Shown here: positions 30,706-40,060 of the stretch, in pieces
Numbering within the stretch: position 1 is the stretch's first letter
Layout of the letters: each line of letters starts with the position of its first letter
NCBI GenBank assembly: GCA_002365865.1
Contig: DFAQ01000031.1
Span: forward strand, 5 to 64,004
Direction: 5' to 3'
Source of the DNA: Pelotomaculum sp. UBA3102
GTDB taxonomy: Bacteria; Bacillota; Desulfotomaculia; Desulfotomaculales; Pelotomaculaceae
DNA: 64,000 nt
Program-made: the position numbers and the translations under genes
The notes under the pieces: model-generated
What the model was told of the DNA's origin: nothing
The model's database searches: none
The model's input: only the letters and a program-made list of their open reading frames with translations

Positions 30706-32055
30706 TTATTGCCCGCTCGTAGTCAAACCGGTTACCCTTAGAGTCGGAGCCCCACTGCCTCCGAAAAACTTTAAATCATCTCCCACGGCATCAATACCGG
30801 CCAGGAGTTCAATTATGTTTCCCCCCATAGCCATACCACGAACCGGCGCGTCAAAATCTCCGTCCTTGATTAACAATCCGGCTACTCCCACTGAAAAGTC
30901 TCCGGATATAGGATTCGCGGTATGCATTCCCATAACCTCCGTGATATACAAGCCGTCCGCCACTTCTTTCACCAGCTTTTCCACCGGTGTAGCACCGGCC
31001 TCAATAAAAAAGTTAGTAGTCCCAACCTCGGGGGTTCCTTTAAATGAACTGCGTACACCGTTGCCGGTCGATTGAACGCCGTCTCTGGCGGCACTGTATG
31101 TATTATAAAGATACCCCTTGAGAATCCCGCCTTCAATAAGCATAGACCTGGAAGTCGGCACCCCCTCACCGTCAAAAGGAGCTGACGCTATGCCACCCGG
31201 CAGCGCCCCGTCATCTATAATCGTTACTTTCTCCGAAGCCACGCGGGTGCCGGTTTTTCCGGCAAACAACGACCGGCCTTTTTGTACTGCGTCTCCCGTA
31301 AGAGCCGGGCCGATTAAACCAAGAAAACCGGCGGCCACGTAAGGATCTAAAATAACCGGTACTTTACGGGTGCTCACAGGAACTGCTCCCAGCATTCTTA
31401 CAGCACGCCGGGCGGCATCCTTTCCCACTGCCTCAGGTTTTAACCGGTTGAATTTCAAGCCGAAATCCAGGGCGAACCCCGTCTGGCTGTCATTGCCCTC
31501 CCCGGCGGCCAGGGCCAGGTAAATACCGCAGTAAGCCCCTCTGTAAGTTAATTTCATACCCAGGCTGTTGACAATAGTAACCAAGCCTTCTCCGTCCTGG
31601 TAAGTAGAACTTTCGATAACCTTTACCCTGGGATCATATGAACGGGCCGCTTCCTCCATGGATTTTGCCAGGCTTATTTTTTGCTCAACGGTAGCCCCCT
31701 TGATGTCCGGATCATAAAGGTCGAGTTCAGGGTAAGCCGGTCCGGGCGGCGGCAGGCGCAGATACGGATCATCCGAGGCATTCAGGCAATTGGCCAGCGC
31801 CTGCTTGACGGCTTCCTCAATGCCACGGTTGCTTAAATCCGTACTAAAAGCAAATCCCGTACGGTTGTCCCGGAATACCCGCAGGCCCATACCACGGTCT
31901 TCGGCGAGCTTCATCGTATCTACACTGCCGCCCCTGACTTCGATATTCAACTGACTGCTCTTGCTGACAAACACCTCCGCCATTTGAGCGCCGGAACGGA
32001 CGGCTTTTCTTACGGCAGTCTCTGCTATATCAACGAATATACTTTCTCGTTCCAC
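30706..32055 (-). CDS. pmbA: PmbA/TldE-type metallopeptidase subunit
   Basis: TldD/PmbA fold (GMHTANPISGDFS near the C-terminus). GTG at 32055, preceded by AAAGGAG, is preferred over the ORF-track ATG at 32085. Confidence 0.85.
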   Translation of the reverse strand: MERESIFVDIAETAVRKAVRSGAQMAEVFVSKSSQLNIEVRGGSVDTMKLAEDRGMGLRVFRDNRTGFAFSTDLSNRGIEEAVKQALANCLNASDDPYLRLPPPGPAYPELDLYDPDIKGATVEQKISLAKSMEEAARSYDPRVKVIESSTYQDGEGLVTIVNSLGMKLTYRGAYCGIYLALAAGEGNDSQTGFALDFGLKFNRLKPEAVGKDAARRAVRMLGAVPVSTRKVPVILDPYVAAGFLGLIGPALTGDAVQKGRSLFAGKTGTRVASEKVTIIDDGALPGGIASAPFDGEGVPTSRSMLIEGGILKGYLYNTYSAARDGVQSTGNGVRSSFKGTPEVGTTNFFIEAGATPVEKLVKEVADGLYITEVMGMHTANPISGDFSVGVAGLLIKDGDFDAPVRGMAMGGNIIELLAGIDAVGDDLKFFGGSGAPTLRVTGLTTSGQ

Positions 32056-32127
32056 GTTAAAACAGCTCCTTTTTCGATATTCCAAATAGTATAATTCAAT
32101 GGAAGTCAGACTATTCCTTTAAGAGAA

Positions 32128-32160
32128 GCACTAAAACTGCCGCGGCGGCAGTTTTAGTGC
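32128..32160 (-). terminator. perfect 15-bp palindrome (terminator-like) overlapping the stop of the small ORF
   Basis: gcactaaaactgccg-cgg-cggcagttttagtgc. On the minus strand a moderately U-rich stretch (uucucuuaaagg) follows. Confidence 0.5.
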
Positions 32161-32366
32161 ACAAAGTTCGGTGCTGCCAGGGCCAGCAGGTTTCTCGCTG
32201 AAATAGGTGCCAGATCTCGTACTGAAGCTTCAACTATGAGGCTGGGATCAAGAAGAGCCAGAATTGCCACTCTTTCCCCCGTTTCCTGGTTGGTATAAAA
32301 ACCGATTATGCAAAATTGCATTTCCTCTCCGTAAATCTTTCTGGTAACAATGTCTCCGATTTTCAT
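32154..32366 (-). CDS. small protein resembling the N-terminal domain of sporulation peptidase YabG
   Basis: 70 aa from the ATG at 32366, with an AGGGGG RBS 7 nt upstream. MKIGDIVTRKIYGEEMQFCIIG...ERVAIL resembles my recollection of the B. subtilis YabG N-terminus (IGDMVARKSY...LFRIIG...SIAIL). Confidence 0.45.
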   Translation of the reverse strand: MKIGDIVTRKIYGEEMQFCIIGFYTNQETGERVAILALLDPSLIVEASVRDLAPISARNLLALAAPNFVH

Positions 32367-32608
32367 CTCGATACCCCCTGTGAAACCGGCGAAGAATTCA
32401 GTCATTCTGGTATTCGTGCTGCTACACTTAACATATGCCCCTGTAAAAAGAGTTGTGTATGAAAACCTCCGGTTAAAAAGGCAAACAAGACCAATAAAAG
32501 GGGGGATTCCCGGGAAAACGCGGAGTTATTCCCGTTCGCTCCGGCGCTTGGCACCGGCGGCAACCATGGCTTGCTGAGGTCAAAACCGGAACGTCCGGCA
32601 ATACGCTG

Positions 32609-34027
32609 TTAAATACGCCTTATTTTACCGTTGGTTCCACCATGACCGGTCCCGCCGACAACGAGCTCCTTTATCGCCATGGTAGGCTGGGCATCGCTCA
32701 CCGGCATACCCTGGCCGTCCTTGCCGCAGGTACCGATGGTAAACCCCAGGTCACTCCCCACCATTTCGACAATCTGAAGCACCTCGGGGCCGTTACCTGT
32801 CAGGGTAGCACCCCGGACCATCGGGCCGATTTCACCGTCCTCGATCAAATAGCCTTCCACAACATCAAAAACAAAATCTCCCGTAGTCGTGTTTACCTGG
32901 CCGCCACCCATTTTCTTAACCAGTAACCCGTTCTTAGTCTCCCTGATAATCTTCTGCGGGTCGGTCTTTCCCGGTGCAATATATGTATTTCCCATTCTGG
33001 GTATCGGTTTATGCTGGTAGGATTCCCTGCGGCCGTGACCGTTTGACTGTCTGCCGTCCTTTGCCGCGGTCAACCGGTCATACAAAAAATCAGTAAGCAC
33101 GCCTGCTTCAATCAAGTTTACACTCCGGGCAGGCACGCCTTCGTCGTCAAACCGGTACGAACCGTAACGATTGTCTATAGTGGCATCGTCGACCACGGTA
33201 ACTTCCGGGGAAGCAACCTTTTGTCCTTTTTTACCCGCGTATACTGATATATCTTTCTGGACCAGGTCGGCCTCCAGTCCGTGGCCGCAAGCCTCATGAA
33301 TCATGGTACCCCCTGCTTCAGCGGCCATAACCACAGGCATCCTGCCCGCGGGAGCCGGCCTGGCCTTGAGCATTTCCACCGCCCTTTGCGCCGCACCGGC
33401 GGCAACCTGTTCAGGTTGGTAATTCTCAAACAGCTCAAAACCGCAAAGGCTGCCAACCGCTTCGATCCCGGTTTGAATCACCGGACCCGAAGCGGCCACA
33501 GCCTGTACCAAGAGCCGGGTGCGGATACGCTCGTCTGCTACATATTCCCCCGCGCTGTTGGCAATAATCACTTTTTGAACCACATCTCCGTATCCGACAA
33601 TTACCTGTTTGATCTGTTCGTTATCTACCGCACGTGCCGCCTGATCAGCAGCTTCCACTACCTTTACCTTGCGGCCCGCGGGAACGTCCTCCGGTCGCTC
33701 TTTAAACGAAAAATTAACCGGTGATTTCACCGTCCGCAAGTCCAGGTTGACTTCTTTTTTGTTTCCTTGAACCGCATGGCTGACAATACCGGCGGCACCG
33801 ACCAATCCCTTGCGGGAAAGGTCGTTGGTATAAGCATAGGCAGTAGAATCTCCTGAGAGAACGCGTATACCCGCGCCTATATCCAGACCTGATTGTACTC
33901 GCTCAATTTTCCCGGCTTCACATCTTATTCCGGTGGTTTGTTTGTTTTCAATAAAAATATCGGCAAAATCGCCCCCTTTAGCCAGTGCGGCATCTAATAC
34001 TTCTTTTAAAACCTGTTTATCTATCAA
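32609..34027 (-). CDS. tldD: TldD metallopeptidase
   Basis: 472 aa. HEACGHGLEAD zinc motif and a GDFVF C-terminal motif. Confidence 0.92.
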   Translation of the reverse strand: MIDKQVLKEVLDAALAKGGDFADIFIENKQTTGIRCEAGKIERVQSGLDIGAGIRVLSGDSTAYAYTNDLSRKGLVGAAGIVSHAVQGNKKEVNLDLRTVKSPVNFSFKERPEDVPAGRKVKVVEAADQAARAVDNEQIKQVIVGYGDVVQKVIIANSAGEYVADERIRTRLLVQAVAASGPVIQTGIEAVGSLCGFELFENYQPEQVAAGAAQRAVEMLKARPAPAGRMPVVMAAEAGGTMIHEACGHGLEADLVQKDISVYAGKKGQKVASPEVTVVDDATIDNRYGSYRFDDEGVPARSVNLIEAGVLTDFLYDRLTAAKDGRQSNGHGRRESYQHKPIPRMGNTYIAPGKTDPQKIIRETKNGLLVKKMGGGQVNTTTGDFVFDVVEGYLIEDGEIGPMVRGATLTGNGPEVLQIVEMVGSDLGFTIGTCGKDGQGMPVSDAQPTMAIKELVVGGTGHGGTNGKIRRI

Positions 34028-34145
34028 AGGAATTACCCCCTGTCAAACATTTATTTATTATTTCTGGTTTTGATCCATTAGTTTGTCCGGTTTACCAATT
34101 TTTATAAAGAAATTTCGGTTTTAATGACCACAAAAGATGCTTATT

Positions 34146-34484
34146 TCAAGACAAATATTGAGCTATAAGGGCGAGAACCAGTAAATGAAAGCACTGGTCA
34201 ACAGCTATATCCATCCACTGCAAACCAACGGCATGATTAACCTTCCGCACCCAAAACCGCACAAACTTCCTTTGATCCAAAAACAAATGACTGAAAAAGA
34301 TTGCGGATACAGCCGGAAAGTTTAAACCGTCCGCAGGTATGGCCGCAATATAGACTATGAAGGTATAGACCATACAATGAACCAAAAGGGCGGTTCTATT
34401 ATGGTTTTTTTTAGCCATCCACCCCGTCTGAAAAATAAAATCACCCGTCAGGTGGCCGATAAACAACCATGCAAATAAATTCAC
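34146..34484 (-). CDS. DUF3307-type membrane protein
   Basis: 112 aa. IGHLTGDFIFQT N-terminal motif and 3-4 TM helices. Confidence 0.6.
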   Translation of the reverse strand: MNLFAWLFIGHLTGDFIFQTGWMAKKNHNRTALLVHCMVYTFIVYIAAIPADGLNFPAVSAIFFSHLFLDQRKFVRFWVRKVNHAVGLQWMDIAVDQCFHLLVLALIAQYLS

Positions 34485-34518
34485 TTCTTTTACTCCTCCG
34501 GTGACGACATTGCGGGTT

Positions 34519-34935
34519 TTAGCCTTCTATAACCACAGAACCCAGGCGGACGCTTAAAAATGTTTTTACTTCTAAAATTTTTGCCAGCTCCTCCCTGGTG
34601 ACAAAAGTCCGGTTCTGAATTATCTGCGGCGGCTTGACAAGAAAAATTTTACTCCCGTTTTTAACTCCGGTATACTTTCCGGGCCAAATCCGCACCGTCA
34701 GTCCCTGCCTATTAATAACCACCGCCCGTTGACTTTCATCGTAAACCACTTCAGCACCTGTTGCTTCAGCTACAGCCCTTAACGGCACTAATATATTTCG
34801 CCCCTCTACTACGGGCGTGACATCGGGATTAATCAGAAATTGGTTGACAACCAATGAATAATTTGCCGCCTCAGAAAAAGCGGGCATAACCAATAACAGG
34901 CATAAAGTTAAAATAAATATTGCTTTCGCTCTCAT
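34519..34935 (-). CDS. secreted copper-amine-oxidase-N-terminal-like (stalk) domain protein
   Basis: 138 aa. Signal peptide, then VPLRAVAEATGAEVVYDESQRAVVI, which is typical of the domain. Confidence 0.7.
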   Translation of the reverse strand: MRAKAIFILTLCLLLVMPAFSEAANYSLVVNQFLINPDVTPVVEGRNILVPLRAVAEATGAEVVYDESQRAVVINRQGLTVRIWPGKYTGVKNGSKIFLVKPPQIIQNRTFVTREELAKILEVKTFLSVRLGSVVIEG

Positions 34936-34963
34936 GCAGCACCAACCTCCGCAGAGTTTAAAA

Positions 34964-36118
34964 CTACCTGCCTACAATATCGTCTACAACACTGGTAAAA
35001 ATGTCCACCAGCACCGGGTCGAAATAAGTACCTGAAAGACGCTTTAATTCTAAAATTGCTGCTTCTTTTTCTTTTCCCTGACAATAATGCCGGTCTACAG
35101 TAAGATTGTCAAAATGATCGGCTATGGCTATAATGCGGGCAAATCGGGGTATTTCATTACCCTTCAGCCCCGTGGGATACCCCGTCCCGTCAAACTTCTC
35201 CCGGTGATAAAGCACCCCTTCCCAGATCTGCTTGGCCATGTAATGTGGTTCCACCTGATAAATAATCTGCGCCCCGATGACAGGGTACTTTTTTATTAAT
35301 TCCAGCTTATCGGAACCCAGGGAAACCGTCTGCAACAAAATTTGGTCCGGAATGCAAACCTTCCCCACGTCATGAAGCAGTGCCGCCTTCTCCAAAATTT
35401 CCAGCCTGGTACTGATCATTTCTAATTTTTCACCTATTACTCTTGCGTAACGGCTCACTCTTTCTGAGTGGCCTTTATTATACACATCCCTGCTGTCAAT
35501 GGCCGCAACCAGATTTTTTAACAAACTGTCCCAAAAAAGATTTTGATGGGTAAATTTCCGGCTGTTTTCAATTATTTGGGCCGTGTACCGGCACAGGTCA
35601 ATACAAACAGACAAGTCAACACCGGTAAATAACCTACCCTCTTTTTTATTAATCAGCTGCAGACAACCGATGGCTTCCTGGTCCAACATCAAGGGCACGG
35701 CCAGCATGGTCCTGGTGACAAAACCCGTTTTATCGTCAAAATGCCCGGCCCAACGTTCATCTTTCCTGACATCGTTTATCAGCACGGGTTCCCTGCTTTC
35801 TATCACCTGCCCGGCCAAACCCTCACCGTAACGCAGGCGTAAGCCTTTCAAAAGATCTGATTTAGACCCGCGCGCCAAGACGGGCACCAGGTATTCCCTG
35901 TCTTCAGAAAGCAGCCACATGGTCCCTGCCTCGGCTTTCATAAACTGTAAAGACTGATCCAAAACTACGGCAATAGATTTTTCAAAATCAAGGGTTCTGT
36001 TCAGGGAAATACTGACTTCCAGGAAACTTTCCAATTCGGTTATTTTAGATTTTAAACCGGTAATAAGGTTAGATTCTGCCGTCCCGGCCCGGCCGGGCTT
36101 TGCTCCTATATTATCCAT
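34964..36118 (-). CDS. GAF-domain HD-GYP phosphodiesterase (c-di-GMP hydrolase type)
   Basis: 384 aa. GAF region (GLAGQVIESREPVLINDV), then HD-GYP motifs HSERVS, LLHDVGK, HREKFDGTGYP. Confidence 0.85.
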   Translation of the reverse strand: MDNIGAKPGRAGTAESNLITGLKSKITELESFLEVSISLNRTLDFEKSIAVVLDQSLQFMKAEAGTMWLLSEDREYLVPVLARGSKSDLLKGLRLRYGEGLAGQVIESREPVLINDVRKDERWAGHFDDKTGFVTRTMLAVPLMLDQEAIGCLQLINKKEGRLFTGVDLSVCIDLCRYTAQIIENSRKFTHQNLFWDSLLKNLVAAIDSRDVYNKGHSERVSRYARVIGEKLEMISTRLEILEKAALLHDVGKVCIPDQILLQTVSLGSDKLELIKKYPVIGAQIIYQVEPHYMAKQIWEGVLYHREKFDGTGYPTGLKGNEIPRFARIIAIADHFDNLTVDRHYCQGKEKEAAILELKRLSGTYFDPVLVDIFTSVVDDIVGR

Positions 36119-36148
36119 CCGGGTCGACCCCTCTCTAAGGCCAGAGTC

Positions 36149-36913
36149 TTAATTATATACCCTTGCATTGACTGACCGGGAAATATCTTCCGTTACCGGG
36201 GACAGGTGCATCATGTCCGGCGGCGTCCGGAAGGAATTATAGCGCCCGACCGCCCATTTGATCACCTGTTCAAGTTTTAACCTGGTCCCCGGCGCCGGGT
36301 CGGTAAACGTGACCAGATCGAAAGTCGCCTCGACCCTGCCGTCCTGGGCTGGAACAACTTCGACGGTATTATCTTCAGATAAACCGGCTTCACGGGCACC
36401 GGCATCCTCCGGTGCTTCCTCCTGTTTTTCTTTAAACGGCTCTACCTTTAATCTCCTGAGTTCAGACAGGTCGGGCAACGCTTCCATTTCAGCAATGAAA
36501 TCAATAACTCCGGGATAATCACCCCGGACTTGAAACCGGAAAGGCAATTCGAGATAAACTTCCCGGTCAATAATCGCCGAAGGTTTAAAGGAAACTATCT
36601 CGACACCCGACTCTTTAGCTTCCATCCCGATCTGAACCAGGGCCAGCCCGTCATCCATTACATTATCAAACACCGGTTTTAGCTGGTTAAGCATTTCTTC
36701 CGCCCTTTCGGCAAGCTCGGTTTCTTTCTTTTGTGATTTAACCACTGTTTCGGCAGCCTGCAATTTTGATTGCATTTCCTCCAAAATGTCCTTATTCTCA
36801 CCATGTGCTACTATCTGAGGAATTAACAGAAATTTGGCCATTACAAATCCTAAAACAGCAATCCCCAGGACGGCCAGTAAAATTTTCTCGCGCGTTTGAA
36901 GCCGCTGCCACAT
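36149..36913 (-). CDS. pilO: PilO-like pilus assembly protein (cluster 1)
   Basis: 254 aa. Short cytoplasmic N-terminus, one TM helix, coiled coil, C-terminal alpha/beta domain. Follows pilM and pilN. Confidence 0.65.
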   Translation of the reverse strand: MWQRLQTREKILLAVLGIAVLGFVMAKFLLIPQIVAHGENKDILEEMQSKLQAAETVVKSQKKETELAERAEEMLNQLKPVFDNVMDDGLALVQIGMEAKESGVEIVSFKPSAIIDREVYLELPFRFQVRGDYPGVIDFIAEMEALPDLSELRRLKVEPFKEKQEEAPEDAGAREAGLSEDNTVEVVPAQDGRVEATFDLVTFTDPAPGTRLKLEQVIKWAVGRYNSFRTPPDMMHLSPVTEDISRSVNARVYN

Positions 36914-37572
36914 TACCGGCCACCCTCCTTGATCGTTGCGGACACCCTGAATTTCTTGACCGCCATGTATTTTTCATCTTCAAACAATTCAACAAGTAAA
37001 GCACTGCTAAAGTAGGGCATTTGGTTCAGGTTGTTGACAAAAACACCAACCGAAGCTACCGTGCGTGAATAACCTGCAACTGCCAGGGTATCGGGAACCG
37101 GCACCGCCGATTGCTCCTCAGCTTCCGGCCCCGTATCCGTCTCCTGTTTGCCGGATGCGGTTTTATTTTCTTGAGCAGGCTGCTCCGGCCCTACCTGCCG
37201 TTCGGCACAATAAATATCTATACTTTCCAGCCACATATCCGTAGGTAAATTATAATTAATGTCTTCCAGGACGCAGGCCCAGGTCTGTCTTTTTTTAAGC
37301 AGTTCTTTAAATTCATTGACAGCTTTTTCGTTGTCCAGCCGCTGCTTTTTAATTGCTTCGACTTTCTTGACTGCAACCTGCACCTGCTTAAATTTTTCTT
37401 CAGTGGCAGCCAATTCTTTCTTGGTGGAGTAGAAATTAAATAAAAAAATACCGTACCCGGTGAAAAGAGACACTACCGCCAGGGTTACAACCACTCTTTT
37501 CACCAGCTTACCGACATCAATGCTTATATTCCGCTGAAGCTTATTAGGGAGGAGATTTACCCGGTACCTCAA
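36913..37572 (-). CDS. pilN: PilN-like pilus assembly protein (cluster 1)
   Basis: 219 aa. N-terminal VNLLP motif followed by a TM helix and a coiled coil. Confidence 0.75.
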   Translation of the reverse strand: MRYRVNLLPNKLQRNISIDVGKLVKRVVVTLAVVSLFTGYGIFLFNFYSTKKELAATEEKFKQVQVAVKKVEAIKKQRLDNEKAVNEFKELLKKRQTWACVLEDINYNLPTDMWLESIDIYCAERQVGPEQPAQENKTASGKQETDTGPEAEEQSAVPVPDTLAVAGYSRTVASVGVFVNNLNQMPYFSSALLVELFEDEKYMAVKKFRVSATIKEGGR

Positions 37573-38720
37573 TCGATCACCTCCCTGAGTGCCGTACCCA
37601 AAACCACGGCAAAAGCCTGGTCAAAAGGAAACTCTTCCTGCTCATCTCCAGGCAGGCCGGATATGCCCGGATTACCGAAACCCACGGGCACCTCCATGGC
37701 TTCCGCGAAAAATTCCCTGAAACCTTTTAGTTTACTCGTCCCGCCGCTGATGATAAATCTTTCGATAGCCGGAGCGTTTTCCTGCACCGCATAAAATTCC
37801 AGCGACCGGCGGATTTCCCGGATTAATTCGGAAAGCCCGTCCCGCAAAGAAAAATCCATCTGCATGGCCCCGGGAGCAGCGTAATCCACAGCCTCTTTTG
37901 AACCGAGAAGCTCGCCTTCTTCCTCTTTCATCCTCTGTGCCTGATCAAATTCCAGGCCGTAGTTTTCCGCCAGGGAACGGGTGAGCAAATTTCCGCCTAC
38001 CGGTAGCGTCCTGGCAAACTGCAAGTCCCCGTTATCCACCACCAGGAACTGGGTAGTGGACGCCCCGATATCCATGATACCGACCGTACCGTCCCCGGCC
38101 GCAGAAGCTTCCCAACCGCTGAACACCCGCCAGAGGCATACCGGCTGTAGGTCTATGGCCGCCATGACCAGCCCGGCACCGGCAAAAATGCTGTAATAAT
38201 CGTAAACAAACGTAGTCGGAACGGCAGCCAACAACAAGTTTAATTTTTTTTCGTCACCGGAGTCAATCTCCCCCAGGTTAATATATCTTATGATTAACTC
38301 ATCCAGAGGCAGGGGGATAAATTTTTCTGCTTCAAACTTGACGGCTGCTTCCAGTTCCTTTTCGGGCATTACCGGCACTTTCACGTGTCTCGTGATCACC
38401 CTGTCCCCGCTGATGGTGGCGATAACTTCTTTTACTTCTATCCCCGAGGCCAACATTACTTCATTCAAGGCATTGATCAGGGCTTCCCCGTCAAGGACAT
38501 CCCCCAACGCTCCCGCCGGCGTTTCAAGCCTTCCGAAGGCGGTAACCTCGGGACTGCCGTCCGCAGTACTTATTTCCAATGCTTTAATTTCCCTGGAACC
38601 GATATCCACCGCTGCAAACCGGGTTTTCTTCGGCGCCAGCCGGTGCAGGAAGTTTGCCGAAAAGAGTCCTTTCCCGCCGGTTAACGGGTTAAATTTAAAT
38701 TTTTTAAATACCATGTGCAT
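37569..38720 (-). CDS. pilM: PilM, actin-like ATPase of the pilus alignment complex (cluster 1)
   Basis: FtsA/actin-like fold (AAVDIGSREIKALE, MDIGASTTQFLV, ISGGTSKLKG). ATG at 38720 with a GGAGGAG RBS is preferred to the ORF-track start at 38810. Confidence 0.85.
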   Translation of the reverse strand: MHMVFKKFKFNPLTGGKGLFSANFLHRLAPKKTRFAAVDIGSREIKALEISTADGSPEVTAFGRLETPAGALGDVLDGEALINALNEVMLASGIEVKEVIATISGDRVITRHVKVPVMPEKELEAAVKFEAEKFIPLPLDELIIRYINLGEIDSGDEKKLNLLLAAVPTTFVYDYYSIFAGAGLVMAAIDLQPVCLWRVFSGWEASAAGDGTVGIMDIGASTTQFLVVDNGDLQFARTLPVGGNLLTRSLAENYGLEFDQAQRMKEEEGELLGSKEAVDYAAPGAMQMDFSLRDGLSELIREIRRSLEFYAVQENAPAIERFIISGGTSKLKGFREFFAEAMEVPVGFGNPGISGLPGDEQEEFPFDQAFAVVLGTALREVID

Positions 38721-38752
38721 CCACTGCTCCTCCGGGCTACCGTATAAAAGAT

Positions 38753-40060
38753 TTAAAATACCGAATACTTTTCCTTCCAGGAGGTAACCCCTACAACCGT
38801 AGTAACCCAATCCGGGTGATCGTCTTGAAGCGTGCTGTCATAGGTTACCCGGGCGTTATTGCTTAAACCCAGTTCGTTGCATATCACGCTTCCGTGAACG
38901 TGGGCATTATTGCTGATGACTATTTGGTTCTCGGTGTAAAGCAGGGCATAAGCCGTCGTATTGTTGCCGACTTCTATCCCCACGCCTTCGTCGTTGCCAA
39001 AGGAAATGACCGCTAAACTCGAATCTGTGTCCGCCCGGTTCAAATCACCGTTAATGATCACTTTACCCCCGGCGACAATAGTCCCGTTACCCGAATAAGT
39101 CCCGGATATGCTTATGCTTCCCGGGATGTACCAAATACCGTCTAAACTAAATGAACCGGACAGGTCGCCCGCCAGGATTTGATCCGCGTTTTCCGCATAC
39201 CAGTCCTCGTCCAGGATGGGAAATGAAGGTATGGACACGTCAACATCTTCGGCCTCACCCGGGTGTTCCGTGCCGGTAGCAGCGCCTGAACCTTTGGTTA
39301 TACTGCCGTTATAATAAACCTCACCGGTTATTTCCGAGTTGTTGGACATTTCGATATCTCCTTCGGCGTTAACCTCCCCGGCTATCAGGGCATTGTTATC
39401 AAGATATACATTTCCCGCCGCGTCGACATCCATACTTACCGCCACGTTGTTTTCCACGGTAAGATTACCACCGGTTATAATCCTTGTCGCGGTCATATTA
39501 TTGCTCAGGGTCACATCGCCGGCAGCCGTAATCACACCACTGGCGGTGCTGTTGTTGATAAAAGTCAATGCTCCTTCCGCGGTTACGTCGGAGGCGATGA
39601 TACTGCTGTTGGAAAAAGACGACGGGGACCTTACCCAGACTCCCCTGGGAAAGTCGACAGGGTCGTACATCTCCCCCTCCACCTCGATCGTGCGTTTAGC
39701 GTCCCCGAATTCCCCAACTGATTCGATATAAAATGTGGTCGGGTTCTCGGTTTCCGACGTCTTTCTCACCGTAACGGCGGCAATTTTGCCTCCCCCGTAA
39801 TTCAGGTTTGATATAAACTCCACGTCTTCATCCAAAGTTAAATCTTTAAACCACGAGGAGTCGTTTTTTATTTCTGCAATAGCCCTTTCGACCCCCGCCT
39901 CGGCAATGTAACACGCTCTTACAATCTCCCCTTCTTCAAAGGAGGCTTCGCGGCTCCCGCCGACCTGGGTGAGCAGGGACGACCCCATTAGCAGCATGAC
40001 AGCCAAAACCATCATGACCAGAGCAAGAGCCTGGCCCGATTCGTTTTTTAAATTTTTCAT
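38753..40060 (-). CDS. PilX-N-domain protein with beta-helix (bactofilin-like) repeats; candidate pilus tip protein
   Basis: 435 aa. N-terminal hydrophobic segment (GQALALVMMVLAVMLL) and ACYIAEAGVERA, typical of the PilX N-domain. Then two blocks of ~17-aa repeats (xxNNxxxxGxIxAxGDVxL). Confidence 0.6.
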   Translation of the reverse strand: MKNLKNESGQALALVMMVLAVMLLMGSSLLTQVGGSREASFEEGEIVRACYIAEAGVERAIAEIKNDSSWFKDLTLDEDVEFISNLNYGGGKIAAVTVRKTSETENPTTFYIESVGEFGDAKRTIEVEGEMYDPVDFPRGVWVRSPSSFSNSSIIASDVTAEGALTFINNSTASGVITAAGDVTLSNNMTATRIITGGNLTVENNVAVSMDVDAAGNVYLDNNALIAGEVNAEGDIEMSNNSEITGEVYYNGSITKGSGAATGTEHPGEAEDVDVSIPSFPILDEDWYAENADQILAGDLSGSFSLDGIWYIPGSISISGTYSGNGTIVAGGKVIINGDLNRADTDSSLAVISFGNDEGVGIEVGNNTTAYALLYTENQIVISNNAHVHGSVICNELGLSNNARVTYDSTLQDDHPDWVTTVVGVTSWKEKYSVF

